From NCBI GenBank assembly GCA_000383115.1, contig KB910566.1, forward strand, positions 8,545 to 72,544: a stretch of 64,000 nt of DNA, given 5' to 3'. The DNA comes from an alpha proteobacterium SCGC AAA015-N04 (GTDB lineage Bacteria > Pseudomonadota > Alphaproteobacteria > Puniceispirillales > Marisalimonadaceae). The notes beneath the pieces were generated by a model. The model saw nothing but the letters and a program-made list of their open reading frames with translations, was not told the DNA's origin and searched no databases. Numbering within the stretch: position 1 is the stretch's first letter; each line of letters begins with the position of its first letter. Below are positions 33,551 to 43,029 of the stretch, piece by piece. Position numbers and translations under genes: made by a program.

Positions 33551-33690
33551 GTTCCTTTTTAATTTTTTTTAAAAACCGGTAAATTCAGAGAGTTATTTAA
33601 TTTTTTTTTTAAGATATAAAATCTTTTAAAACTAAATATTAAATTTCAAGTTTCCATTTAAATATAATTTCTAAAAAAATTTATAAAATG
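33551..33690 (+). repeat. Non-coding leader repeat copy A (5' part only)
   Basis: Aligns by eye to 34871-35000 and 37802-37930. Confidence 0.7.
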
Positions 33691-33701
33691 TAAATAATTA
33701 T

Positions 33702-34538
33702 TTATTTTGTTAAATTAGTTTTAATTTCATTAATTGTGTAAGCATCTTTAAAGATATTTGATAACCATTCCTTGCAATCACTAATTTTCGTTGGTTCCGC
33801 AATGAATTCTTGTCCTCTTCCAACAATATCAACGCTATTGTCTCCCCATCTCTTTTTGTCTTTATGGTAAGTCATGCCACATCCACCATAATTAGGGTTC
33901 AACCATTTAGGACATTTCCATCTTGATTTTTTAGTATGTGGATCGATACTCAATTTAGTTTTTTGAGATGCTTTAAACTTGCCAAATCCGTAAAAATTTT
34001 CCAGACCTAAAATATTTAACTTATCACTCGCCAAATACAGAGTATTATTTTCTTTCCATAAACCAATTGTGTGTGGATGTGAATTTGGGTTTGGTGTTTC
34101 ATTCTTATACCAACTTGGATCTTTACCTAAATGAACAATCTTTCCAATCTGTAACCAACCAAAAAATCTGTAATGACCAGGATCATCTTTTGAAAATATA
34201 TTTTTTTTGTTAATGGTAAATATTTCTCTAAACCATCCCCAAAACAAAAAAAGATCACCTTCGCATACATCATTATTTTGTAAATGAGTTTGAGCAGCAC
34301 CAACTTGTCCAAACATACCGTTTTCAAGATTTGGATCAAAATGACATTTATCTAATGGTTTAATCTTATTATTTGATAACTCTTTTATATATTTTCCTAA
34401 TCCAAGATGATTATAAGTTGTAAGAGTATTTTTGTTATATGGAATAGGTAAACTTATAAGACTTTCACCTATTTTAATACTGGGAATACCGCCTGTACTA
34501 CTATCAAAACCTTTTCTACTGAATATAATTTTCGTCAT
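33702..34538 (-). CDS. Nmad3-like (nucleotide-modification-associated domain 3) protein
   Basis: KIIFSRKGFDSS.GG.PS, CHFDP, FGQ.GAAQ.HL, GDLFLFWGWF and GRGQEF motifs. Confidence 0.75.
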   Translation of the reverse strand: MTKIIFSRKGFDSSTGGIPSIKIGESLISLPIPYNKNTLTTYNHLGLGKYIKELSNNKIKPLDKCHFDPNLENGMFGQVGAAQTHLQNNDVCEGDLFLFWGWFREIFTINKKNIFSKDDPGHYRFFGWLQIGKIVHLGKDPSWYKNETPNPNSHPHTIGLWKENNTLYLASDKLNILGLENFYGFGKFKASQKTKLSIDPHTKKSRWKCPKWLNPNYGGCGMTYHKDKKRWGDNSVDIVGRGQEFIAEPTKISDCKEWLSNIFKDAYTINEIKTNLTK

Positions 34539-34852
34539 AATTAATTTTTTAATATTATTTGAAAAAAATTTTACCCTATTACTATAATGTATTTTATTTT
34601 AGTTACATAAAGATATAATTAAATTCATTGATTTAAACAAATTTTTGAAACAAATAACAAATGTCTTTAGTTGAAACAGCAGAGCAACTTGGAATAGGCG
34701 TGCCAAAGATTAAAACTTTTATTGGTAAATATTCTTCTTTAAAATTGTTATATTTCTTAAAATTTCTCTTTTAACTCTGGAATTATCTCCAAAAGATTAA
34801 AATCTACTATAACATCGGACCTATTTTTAGTAACTACTCCTTACTGAAACAA

Positions 34853-34870
34853 TCAGTTACCGTGGAATAG
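34853..34870 (+). repeat. att core copy 5
   Basis: TCA GTT ACC GTG GAA TAG. Confidence 0.9.
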
Positions 34871-35210
34871 GTTCGTTATTAACTTTTTCTAAAACCTATT
34901 AAACTCAATGAGTTACTAAGAATATTTTAAATTAGAAAATCTTTTAAAATTAAATTTATAATTCTAGTTTCCAATTTTAATATAATTTCTTAAAGAACAT
35001 ACTGAGACATTTTAGTATGTGTAGTTTGTTATTAATAAGAATTGTAAAAAATTGTTTTAAATAGGATGATTTTAGTTAAGTAAATGGGTTTAGTTTTAGA
35101 GAGTTTATGGACAATTAACTAGTGTTACTCTAAACGTTAATATATGTGGGATGTTTATAAGAAATTTCAGATGATGATTGGAGTAAGTATCATTTTTGTT
35201 TTTATTTTTT
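34871..35210 (+). repeat. Non-coding leader repeat copy B
   Basis: Contains CTTAAAGAACATACTGAGA and TTTTAGTTAAGTAAATGGGTT blocks shared with other copies. Confidence 0.85.
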
Positions 35211-35258
35211 ATTTGTTGTAATATTAAAACAAAATTTTGAAGAAAATATTATTTTTAT

Positions 35259-35627
35259 ATGAAAAACATATTTTATTTTTATCACGGAGGTTTTAAGGGA
35301 CCTAGTATAGAAATTATGTATAAAAAAAATAATTTTGAAATATCATTTATGAATCAAGGTCATCTTGTTACACATTATATTAAACAACCTTCCGAAATTA
35401 AGTGGGATAAATTTTTTTTATTTCTAGACGACATCAAGATTTGGGAATGGAAAAAAGAATATATTGACCCCAATATTTTGGACGGAACACAATGGGAAAT
35501 AAAAATTTCAAACTCTTATAAAAAAATAAAATCATATGGAAGTAACAAATTTCCTAATAAAAAAAAGTTCAACGATTTGATGAATGAAATTGAAACGCTT
35601 TTTAATCTAAAGAAATTAAAAAGATGA
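35259..35627 (+). CDS. Hypothetical protein
   Basis: 122 aa with W..EY.DPNILDGTQWEI...SYGSN.FP. Confidence 0.7.
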   Translation: MKNIFYFYHGGFKGPSIEIMYKKNNFEISFMNQGHLVTHYIKQPSEIKWDKFFLFLDDIKIWEWKKEYIDPNILDGTQWEIKISNSYKKIKSYGSNKFPNKKKFNDLMNEIETLFNLKKLKR

Positions 35628-36823
35628 AAACAAAAGATATTAATAATAGATATAGTCAATTAGTTAAGGATATCAATTTCGATAAATTGGATCTTGAATT
35701 AAAAAATCCAAATATATTTCATATTTTAAAAATTAGTAATACAGAAATAAGACATTCAAATTTTTTGTCTTGGTTGTTAGATCCATCACAATCTCATAAA
35801 ATGGGTGATATTTTTTTAAAGAGGTTCTTAAGAGAAGTTTTTTCTAGTGATAAGTTTGATAAATTAAATCAAGTTGACGTTGAGGGTATGAATTTAACAG
35901 ATGTTCAAATCTATAGAGAATGGAAAAACATCGATATTTTAATAGTGTTAAATGACATTGTTGTTTGTGTAGAAAATAAAATACTCACTAAAGAACATTC
36001 TAATCAACTACAAAGATATAGAAAAATAGTAGAAGAAAACTATCCAAACCTTAAAAGAATATTTGTATATTTGACACCTTTTGGTGATATTTCTGAAAAT
36101 GAAAGTGATATATATGAACCAATATCTTATGTTTTTGTAGTTGAAACCCTGGAAAGAATATTAAAAGTTTATAGTTCGTCACTTAATGATTTAGTGAGGA
36201 CTTATATTAAGGATTATATTATTATGATAAAAAGAGAAATAATGAAAACAGATGAATCAATAGAACTTTCAAGAAAAATCTATCAGAACCATAGAGAATT
36301 ATTAGATTTTATTTATGAAAATAAACCTGACCTATCAGACCATTTTATTAAAATTCTAAAAGAAGAAATGAAAAAAAGAGGATGGATTGAGGGATCTACA
36401 AATAAACATTATGTCAGATTTTATACAGAAAAAATCAAAGATTTTATTCATTATAATAAAACTGTAAAAAATGGGTGGAAGAAAAACGAATCTTTTTTAT
36501 TTGAGTTTCAAATTTATCCACCAACAAATAAGTTAAATTTTGTAACAGTAATTTCTCCTTCAGATCCTGATTATGATACAGAAAAAATCCAAAACATACT
36601 TCTTGAGATAGATGGATCAAAAAAAGGTATAGGAAAAAAATGGATTGTAAATTTTAGAGTTAATACAAAATTCGATTATGAAGAAGTATCAAATTTATCG
36701 GATGAAGAAATCAGTAAAATTGTAAATGATTTTTTTGATAAAATTACTAAGATTGTAGAAAAAGTAGAAAATAAGTTTGTTGAACATAAAACTGTTTTAT
36801 TACAGATGAATAACAAAATTTAA
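35624..36823 (+). CDS. PD-(D/E)XK nuclease superfamily protein
   Basis: EIRHSNFLSWLLDP...IDILI...VENKI...QL.RY. Confidence 0.85.
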   Translation: MKTKDINNRYSQLVKDINFDKLDLELKNPNIFHILKISNTEIRHSNFLSWLLDPSQSHKMGDIFLKRFLREVFSSDKFDKLNQVDVEGMNLTDVQIYREWKNIDILIVLNDIVVCVENKILTKEHSNQLQRYRKIVEENYPNLKRIFVYLTPFGDISENESDIYEPISYVFVVETLERILKVYSSSLNDLVRTYIKDYIIMIKREIMKTDESIELSRKIYQNHRELLDFIYENKPDLSDHFIKILKEEMKKRGWIEGSTNKHYVRFYTEKIKDFIHYNKTVKNGWKKNESFLFEFQIYPPTNKLNFVTVISPSDPDYDTEKIQNILLEIDGSKKGIGKKWIVNFRVNTKFDYEEVSNLSDEEISKIVNDFFDKITKIVEKVENKFVEHKTVLLQMNNKI

Positions 36824-37045
36824 ATGAGAAAAGAACTTAAATTATTTTTTATAATTCTCCCAATATGTTTTTTTTATAAAACAACATATTCTGAAGATAA
36901 AAAATTTAATTATGAACAACATAAAGAAAAACTTATTGAAAAAAAACTTTTACTAAATTCATTTAAAAAATGTGAAGAATATATTAATGAAACGTCAGTT
37001 GAATTGTTTTTGAATTGTAGTGACAAAAATAAAAAAAATAAGTGA
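36824..37045 (+). CDS. Small putative secreted protein
   Basis: Signal-peptide-like N-terminus; abuts the upstream stop. Confidence 0.5.
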   Translation: MRKELKLFFIILPICFFYKTTYSEDKKFNYEQHKEKLIEKKLLLNSFKKCEEYINETSVELFLNCSDKNKKNK

Positions 37046-37046
37046 A

Positions 37047-37127
37047 ATGAAATTATTTTATAAAGTTATTAGTTTAGAAACTATATTTTGGGTTTTGTTA
37101 ATTATTGGAACTTTATATTTTATTTAA
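37047..37127 (+). CDS. Micro-peptide MKLFYKVISLETIFWVLLIIGTLYFI
   Basis: Manual translation; homologous to 45548-45643 with many synonymous changes. Confidence 0.6.
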   Translation: MKLFYKVISLETIFWVLLIIGTLYFI

Positions 37128-37150
37128 AAAAATGTTAAAAACGAACTCAA

Positions 37151-37168
37151 TCCGTCACTGTAGAGTAG
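37151..37168 (+). repeat. att core copy 6
   Basis: TCC GTC ACT GTA GAG TAG. Confidence 0.9.
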
Positions 37169-37238
37169 TCTTAACTGGTGATTTAAAAAATTTTATAAAT
37201 TTAAACTGTATTTTTTTAATATTTCATGATTATGTATT

Positions 37239-37736
37239 GTGCAGGTTATTTGGGAGTATGTTTTGTCCATCAATAAAATCATAAATAAACTTACCCTATG
37301 CTTATTAATTCTTTTTTTATCTTCATGTGCATCCACAAGCAACATAACTCAAAATATATATGATAATAAAACAATCAATCCAGAAAATGCTAGGTTAATT
37401 TTTAAAAGGACAAATACTTTTTTGTATTATGCTGTTGATGCCAGAATAGAAATAAATGGTCAGGTCATTACTAAACTATCTAAAGGGAGTAGTTTTTATT
37501 ATGATATTCCTCCAGGAAGAACAAATATAAGTGTTTATGGATTCATGGATCCAGGAAAATTTAGTTTAGAACTAAACCTTGTTAAATCTAAAATATATGA
37601 ATTTAAAGTAGAACCAAGAACGGAAAGTTTTCTACCAATTGTTGCTTTTGGTTTATTAGGTCAAATAGCAGACACCAAGATTAATGAACAAAGTGGTTTA
37701 TTCCAAATTTCAATTGATAAATATTCCAATCAATAA
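37239..37736 (+). CDS. DUF2846-like lipoprotein
   Basis: LSSC lipobox; ARLIFKR...I.ING......L..GS......PPG. Confidence 0.7.
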   Translation: MQVIWEYVLSINKIINKLTLCLLILFLSSCASTSNITQNIYDNKTINPENARLIFKRTNTFLYYAVDARIEINGQVITKLSKGSSFYYDIPPGRTNISVYGFMDPGKFSLELNLVKSKIYEFKVEPRTESFLPIVAFGLLGQIADTKINEQSGLFQISIDKYSNQ

Positions 37737-37783
37737 TTTTTAAAATATTTCTAAGGTTATGTTAAATCACCAGTTAAGAACAG

Positions 37784-37801
37784 TCAGTAACCGTGGAATA
37801 G
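37784..37801 (+). repeat. att core copy 7
   Basis: TCA GTA ACC GTG GAA TAG. Confidence 0.9.
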
Positions 37802-38159
37802 GTTCCTTTTCCACATTTATTTAAAACGTGTAAATTCAATGAGTTATTAAATATTTTTTTTAGATTTAAGACCATTTAAAACTAAATTTTAAATTTCAAT
37901 TTCCATTTTTAACCTTATTTCTTAAAGAACATACTGAGATATTTTAGTATACGTAGTGTATTATTAATAAGAATTGGTAATAATTGTATAAAATAGGATG
38001 ATTTTAGTTAAGTAAATGGGTTCAGTTTTAGAGAGTTTTGGACAATAAACTAGGGTTACTTTAAACACTAAAGTATGTGAGACGTTTATAAAAAATTTCT
38101 AATGATGGTTGGGGTAAGTATTATTTTTGTTTTTATTCTTTATTCGTTATAAACAAAGA
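37802..38159 (+). repeat. Non-coding leader repeat copy C
   Basis: Full-length copy ending at the cargo ATG at 38160. Confidence 0.85.
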
Positions 38160-38696
38160 ATGAAACACATTATAAAATTGAAAGAACGTATACGAGAATT
38201 TAGACATCTTCTTGATCTGTTAAAGTATGATAAAGAAAATAAAATTGAGGTAGTTTATAATTCTGTAAATACCTTCTTAAATAAAGAAGAATATCCTATT
38301 GATTATTGTCTCTTTATGGAAGAAATTGGGGAGTTGGAAATAAGTTATTTAGGAGAAGGTATTCTATTACGAATAGAAAAACCAATTGATTTAATTGATG
38401 ATCAAAGTGAGGATGATTCATATTTAGATTTACAATGGGATCAAAAAAGAAAAATATTCAATAAATATGATGAAGACAATTTAGTTTTATCTAAAGATGT
38501 AAAAATAATATCAAAAGACTATAATGGATACCTCTATGGATTTTCAAAAGAAAGTGATGAAAAGATATATAATTTTATTTTTGAAGAAAAATTTGGAAAT
38601 TTATTTAAACTAAACTTTTTCGATTGGTTACAAAAGTATACATTTACAATTCTACATGATTTTGGAGTTGGTAATTACACAAATGTAAATAAATAG
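38160..38696 (+). CDS. Hypothetical protein, possibly SMI1/KNR4-like immunity protein
   Basis: YPIDYCLFMEEIG and D.NG..YGF...IY...FFDWL pattern; start chosen at the ATG after the leader. Confidence 0.55.
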   Translation: MKHIIKLKERIREFRHLLDLLKYDKENKIEVVYNSVNTFLNKEEYPIDYCLFMEEIGELEISYLGEGILLRIEKPIDLIDDQSEDDSYLDLQWDQKRKIFNKYDEDNLVLSKDVKIISKDYNGYLYGFSKESDEKIYNFIFEEKFGNLFKLNFFDWLQKYTFTILHDFGVGNYTNVNK

Positions 38697-38756
38697 TAAC
38701 TTAAATAATTGATTTTATAAATTATTAATGTATTGAAATGTAGAAAACGAACTCAA

Positions 38757-38774
38757 TCCGTCACCGTGGAGTAG
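38757..38774 (+). repeat. att core copy 8
   Basis: TCC GTC ACC GTG GAG TAG. Confidence 0.9.
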
Positions 38775-38836
38775 TTTCGCGAATGGGTGCTTTTTTGACT
38801 TCTAGGAGCTATTTTTATTTGAAACTTATAATTTCT

Positions 38837-41779
38837 CTATTTAGTTTTCTGTGATTGCTGGTAATCAGAATATATCTTCTGGAAAATCATGTTTTTTATT
38901 GATGGGTTGTCTTCCATCTTTTTGTAGAACTCGAAGCGTTCATTTACATAGTCCACCATCAGACCTTCAAACTGTTCTTTGAAGTAGTTTTGCTTGTTAT
39001 CGTCTGTGTTCTCTCCAGTCATGTATTGCTTAATTTCTGGATTATCCATCAGACGTCTCTTTAGTCGTGACAAATCAATTTTATCTTCATCTGTCAGATT
39101 GACACCATATACATTGTTTATCTGATTGATGATTTCAGACAGGAAGTCATATTCAGGTTCAACCACACCACCTCTTTCGAACTTGGGTGGGTCGAGAACG
39201 TTGTCTTCTGGTGTTAACTCATAATCCTTTTCATGGATTTTCTGTATTCTAAGAGAGTCCAGATCAATTGTGTCGGAGATATCAAGTTTCCCTATTTCTC
39301 TTTTTGGAAGTTTCTTGTTTAAGAACTTCAGGAAAATAAATGACTTCTCTAATTCAATATCTGTAAAAGTGATGATCTGAGACAAATAACCATACATCCG
39401 AATGTAGGACTGGATTTTTGATTTAAAATCTTCCTTTTTTTCCTCATCCTCAACCTTATTAAACTTATCAACCACGTTATCTAGAATGGGGTGTAGAGAT
39501 CCTTCATCACGATTAGGATCAAAGAACACCTCACAAAATCTGTTCACTTCTTCTTTCGTGTATAGGTGGAAGTCGTATATCTCACGGGTGAGATCATAGA
39601 GGCGATTGGGGTCTGTCTCACCCTCTAGGATTGTTGATTGATAGAATCGTTGGAAAGACTCTTGAACGTCTTCTGGGTCATTCACGAAATCCAGGACAAA
39701 GGTGTGTGTCTTTCCTGATGTAGTTCTATTTAGTCGAGATAGGGTTTGAACACACTGAGCACCGCCCAAGGTCTTATCAACATACATGGATTGGACTAGT
39801 GGTTCGTCAAATCCAGTCTGGAATTTGTTTGCTACCACCAATAACTTGAACTTTGGGTTTTTCAGACCAAGAGGAACGTCACCCTCATGACCAACAGTTT
39901 GGTTCATAGTGGGTTCGGTGTATTTCATCCCGTCTAAATCTACTTCACCAGAAAATCCAACAAGACTTCTAAAATTCAAACCTCGTTCTTTGAGTTGTCG
40001 ATTGATCTCATTCACAAACCAAACACAATGTTTTCGTGATTGTGTGACGACCATTCCTCTGGACCGACCCTGTATCTCCTTGGACCCTTTTTGAATCCAA
40101 TGGTCGAGAATGATATTAACTTTGTTCCTTATGGTCATTTCGTGAGAGTCGACATATCTTACTAACTCTCGTTTTCCCTTACCAGTTGGGATTTCCATGT
40201 CTCCATCTTTGGTCTGTTTGACCTTAAAGTACCGTTTGAAGGTTGTGTAATTTTGGAGAACATCGAGCGTAAATCTCTCATGAATAGACTGATACATGGA
40301 ATAGATATGAAACGGTACAAACTGACCTTGAGGTGTCTTTGTTCCAAATAATTCGAGAGTTTTTTCTTTTGGGGTTCCTGTAAAACCAAAGAACGAAATA
40401 TGGTCTTGTTTTCCTTGGTTCTGAATTTCCTGTCTTAACATTTCCTCGTAATCAAACTCGTCATCATCATCAGTCTTCGAAAGTGATTTTTTAAGTTCTT
40501 TTGATAACTCACCAGACTGACTTGAATGAACCTCATCAATGATGACAGCAAAGGTTCTATCACATAATGAAGCAATGGTTTCTGAGATAAAGGGAAATTT
40601 CTGAATGGTTGTAATGATTATGTCTTTACCTTGTTCCAAGAACTTCTTGAGTTCCTGAGATCCATGTTCAACGCCACTGACTACACCGTCAATTTTCTCT
40701 AATGATCGAATGGTATTTCTTAACTGGTCATCCAGAACAGTTCTGTCTGTCACCACAATAATGGTGTCAAACATCCGTTTGGTGTCTCCCTTCTTTTGGT
40801 AGAGGGATGTCAGGGTGTGTGACAACCATCCAATTGAATAGGATTTACCTGACCCTGTGGTGTGCTGAACCAAATAATTCTTTCCAACACCATCTTCTTT
40901 TATCTGTTTTCTAAAATTCAGAATTAAATCCCGTTGATGATACCTAGGGAAAATTAGGACTTCCTTTTTCTTGGTATCAATCTTTTGGGTTTTGTCATTA
41001 AAGAAGAATTCTTTTTCCTCGGATACGTGAACAAAGTTCTCAAGAATATCCAATAGGGAGTTTGGAGTTAAAACCTGTTCCCACAGATATTTTGTCCTAT
41101 ACCCATTTTCGACAGGTGGATTTTCAAGATCACGATTATAGGGAAGAAAATATGTTTTCTTTCCAGACAATCTTGTGGTCATTGAAACTTTGTTATTATC
41201 CACACAGAAATGAACTAGACACCGTTTGAACTGAAGCAGAGGTTCATTCTTTGGGTCACGGTCGTATCGATATTGGTTTTCTGAATGTTTGACGTTTTGT
41301 CCCGTCAGTTGGTTTTTTAACTCCATCGTGACAATGGGAAGACCGTTTAGGAATAAACCCATGTCGATTGAGTTTTCATTTTTTGTCGAATAATGGAGTT
41401 GTCGAACAATTGTGAATTTATTGGACTCATAAAGTCTTTGATGGTCAGGATTCATATCACTGGATGGTTGAGGATAGTAGAGGTTTAGATAAACTCCACG
41501 ATCAACCACTTGGTTCCTCAGTACATCAATAATCCCACGTTTTGATATTTCTGATGATATGCGAGATAGAATTTTGTTCGCGGTATCAACATCATAAATT
41601 TCACTCAGACGACACCATTCGTCGGGTTGGGTTGTCCTGATAAAATCAATGACCTCATCTCTGATTAGACACAGGTTTCTGTCATAGTCATTGAAATGGG
41701 TAGATCCATACCCCACCGAATTGAGATGGGACTCAATATGATCTTCAAACTTTTTTTCGGTGGGTTGGAGGTCACTCAT
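38837..41779 (-). CDS. hsdR: Type I restriction enzyme R subunit
   Basis: D...FLNGLP...ELKN nuclease motif, HTTGSGKS, DEVH and QTLSRLNR. Confidence 0.95.
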   Translation of the reverse strand: MSDLQPTEKKFEDHIESHLNSVGYGSTHFNDYDRNLCLIRDEVIDFIRTTQPDEWCRLSEIYDVDTANKILSRISSEISKRGIIDVLRNQVVDRGVYLNLYYPQPSSDMNPDHQRLYESNKFTIVRQLHYSTKNENSIDMGLFLNGLPIVTMELKNQLTGQNVKHSENQYRYDRDPKNEPLLQFKRCLVHFCVDNNKVSMTTRLSGKKTYFLPYNRDLENPPVENGYRTKYLWEQVLTPNSLLDILENFVHVSEEKEFFFNDKTQKIDTKKKEVLIFPRYHQRDLILNFRKQIKEDGVGKNYLVQHTTGSGKSYSIGWLSHTLTSLYQKKGDTKRMFDTIIVVTDRTVLDDQLRNTIRSLEKIDGVVSGVEHGSQELKKFLEQGKDIIITTIQKFPFISETIASLCDRTFAVIIDEVHSSQSGELSKELKKSLSKTDDDDEFDYEEMLRQEIQNQGKQDHISFFGFTGTPKEKTLELFGTKTPQGQFVPFHIYSMYQSIHERFTLDVLQNYTTFKRYFKVKQTKDGDMEIPTGKGKRELVRYVDSHEMTIRNKVNIILDHWIQKGSKEIQGRSRGMVVTQSRKHCVWFVNEINRQLKERGLNFRSLVGFSGEVDLDGMKYTEPTMNQTVGHEGDVPLGLKNPKFKLLVVANKFQTGFDEPLVQSMYVDKTLGGAQCVQTLSRLNRTTSGKTHTFVLDFVNDPEDVQESFQRFYQSTILEGETDPNRLYDLTREIYDFHLYTKEEVNRFCEVFFDPNRDEGSLHPILDNVVDKFNKVEDEEKKEDFKSKIQSYIRMYGYLSQIITFTDIELEKSFIFLKFLNKKLPKREIGKLDISDTIDLDSLRIQKIHEKDYELTPEDNVLDPPKFERGGVVEPEYDFLSEIINQINNVYGVNLTDEDKIDLSRLKRRLMDNPEIKQYMTGENTDDNKQNYFKEQFEGLMVDYVNERFEFYKKMEDNPSIKNMIFQKIYSDYQQSQKTK

Positions 41780-43029
41780 ATCACGTCCTCCGTCACGCGG
41801 ACTTTACCGGTTACAACAGAAGAGATGAGGGACTGACGGTATTCTTGAACGTAATCGATTTGAGAATTATGTTTCTCCACAACTTTATCCAATAGGAAAG
41901 TGTTTTGTTCAATAACCTTATATATTTCAGTTTGTTCGCCCAATGGTGGAACTGGAATGTAAGAGTCGAATATTCCAGAAACGGAGGGTCTGGGTAGTTT
42001 TACTCCTTCAGAAAGAGAATTTATTTGATTTATAAAACCACTTGAATTCAAAACTCGATACAAATATCCATTCTCGATCGATGATGGTCTTACAACGATC
42101 ATTTCTCCCATTGATAATCCGTCAAAATCACACAATACAACCTTGTTCAAATAAACACGAAGTTTGTTAAAAAGAATATCTCCCTTTTGAAAACTCTGAC
42201 CTTCTGTATCGTAGTCCGAATAAAAATTCGTTATACGTCCAGTGTTGCTCTCCACATTCTCAGGTGAAATTTTTATGTCACCGTCTACGGGTATTCTTTT
42301 TTTTGATATTTGATTGGACACATACTTGAGTTTTTTTAATTCCCAATGTTTTGGAATCTTCCCAATCCACTCCACACCGCTGTCTTTCATCTCGACATTT
42401 GGGTTGAGACCTTTGGTGACACACTGATTAATTAGCGATGTCCGCTGTTCTTTGAGAAGTTCAATTTTTTTCTGAATTTTCTCAACCAAATGGTCGATCT
42501 GTTCGGTTTTCTTATCAAGATATCGAGAAATCAGTTTTTGTTCTTCGAGTGGAGGTGAAAATACCTCAATACCCATAAAAGTCTCAGATCTTACAACCTT
42601 TCGAAGTCCCGTATAGAATGGACGAAGACCTTTATGGTCATCAATCGTCTGATAAAAATATGTCCAAAACTGCGGGTCATTACCTTCAGTGGTTGAGAAA
42701 ACATCATATGCTGATGTTATCATTCCATAGTCTTTTGACATTCCTATTGTTCTGGGTGTCTCATCTAAATCAAAGAGACAGAAAATTAATTGATTTGGTT
42801 CGACAGTTTGATAGGTTTCAAAACTTGCTGGAAACTTACCACCACCATCCATATCTCGAGGTTTCACACCGGATTTACCCATAGTCAAAAGTGTGAACTT
42901 TTCCCAATCATCTCCAACAACATGTTTGTCCTGACAGAACACATATTTGTTTTTAGTTTTTTTCCAGTAGGAAGGGACTTGGTCATACCAATATGAGTCA
43001 ACTCCCTGATACTTATCCAAACTATTCAC
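41776..43029 (-). CDS. hsdS: Type I R-M specificity subunit
   Basis: Two TRDs, PPL.EQ twice, KDSGVEWIGKIP.HW. Confidence 0.95.
   Translation of the reverse strand: MNSLDKYQGVDSYWYDQVPSYWKKTKNKYVFCQDKHVVGDDWEKFTLLTMGKSGVKPRDMDGGGKFPASFETYQTVEPNQLIFCLFDLDETPRTIGMSKDYGMITSAYDVFSTTEGNDPQFWTYFYQTIDDHKGLRPFYTGLRKVVRSETFMGIEVFSPPLEEQKLISRYLDKKTEQIDHLVEKIQKKIELLKEQRTSLINQCVTKGLNPNVEMKDSGVEWIGKIPKHWELKKLKYVSNQISKKRIPVDGDIKISPENVESNTGRITNFYSDYDTEGQSFQKGDILFNKLRVYLNKVVLCDFDGLSMGEMIVVRPSSIENGYLYRVLNSSGFINQINSLSEGVKLPRPSVSGIFDSYIPVPPLGEQTEIYKVIEQNTFLLDKVVEKHNSQIDYVQEYRQSLISSVVTGKVRVTEDVI

Larger units (their letters stand above)
34853..37168. mobile_element. Cassette 5 (leader type)
   Basis: IR 34865-34888 vs 37129-37152, 19/24 match. 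Confidence 0.8.
37151..37801. mobile_element. Cassette 6 (single gene)
   Basis: Perfect 18-bp IR TCTTAACTGGTGATTTAA at 37169-37186 and 37762-37779. Confidence 0.9.
37784..38774. mobile_element. Cassette 7 (leader type)
   Basis: IR 37796-37818 vs 38736-38758, 18/23 match. Confidence 0.8.

Noticed and set aside
37169-37779. IS element or MITE defined by the 18-bp IR
   Set aside because: There is no transposase, and the flanks are glmS cores that differ at several positions rather than an exact target-site duplication.
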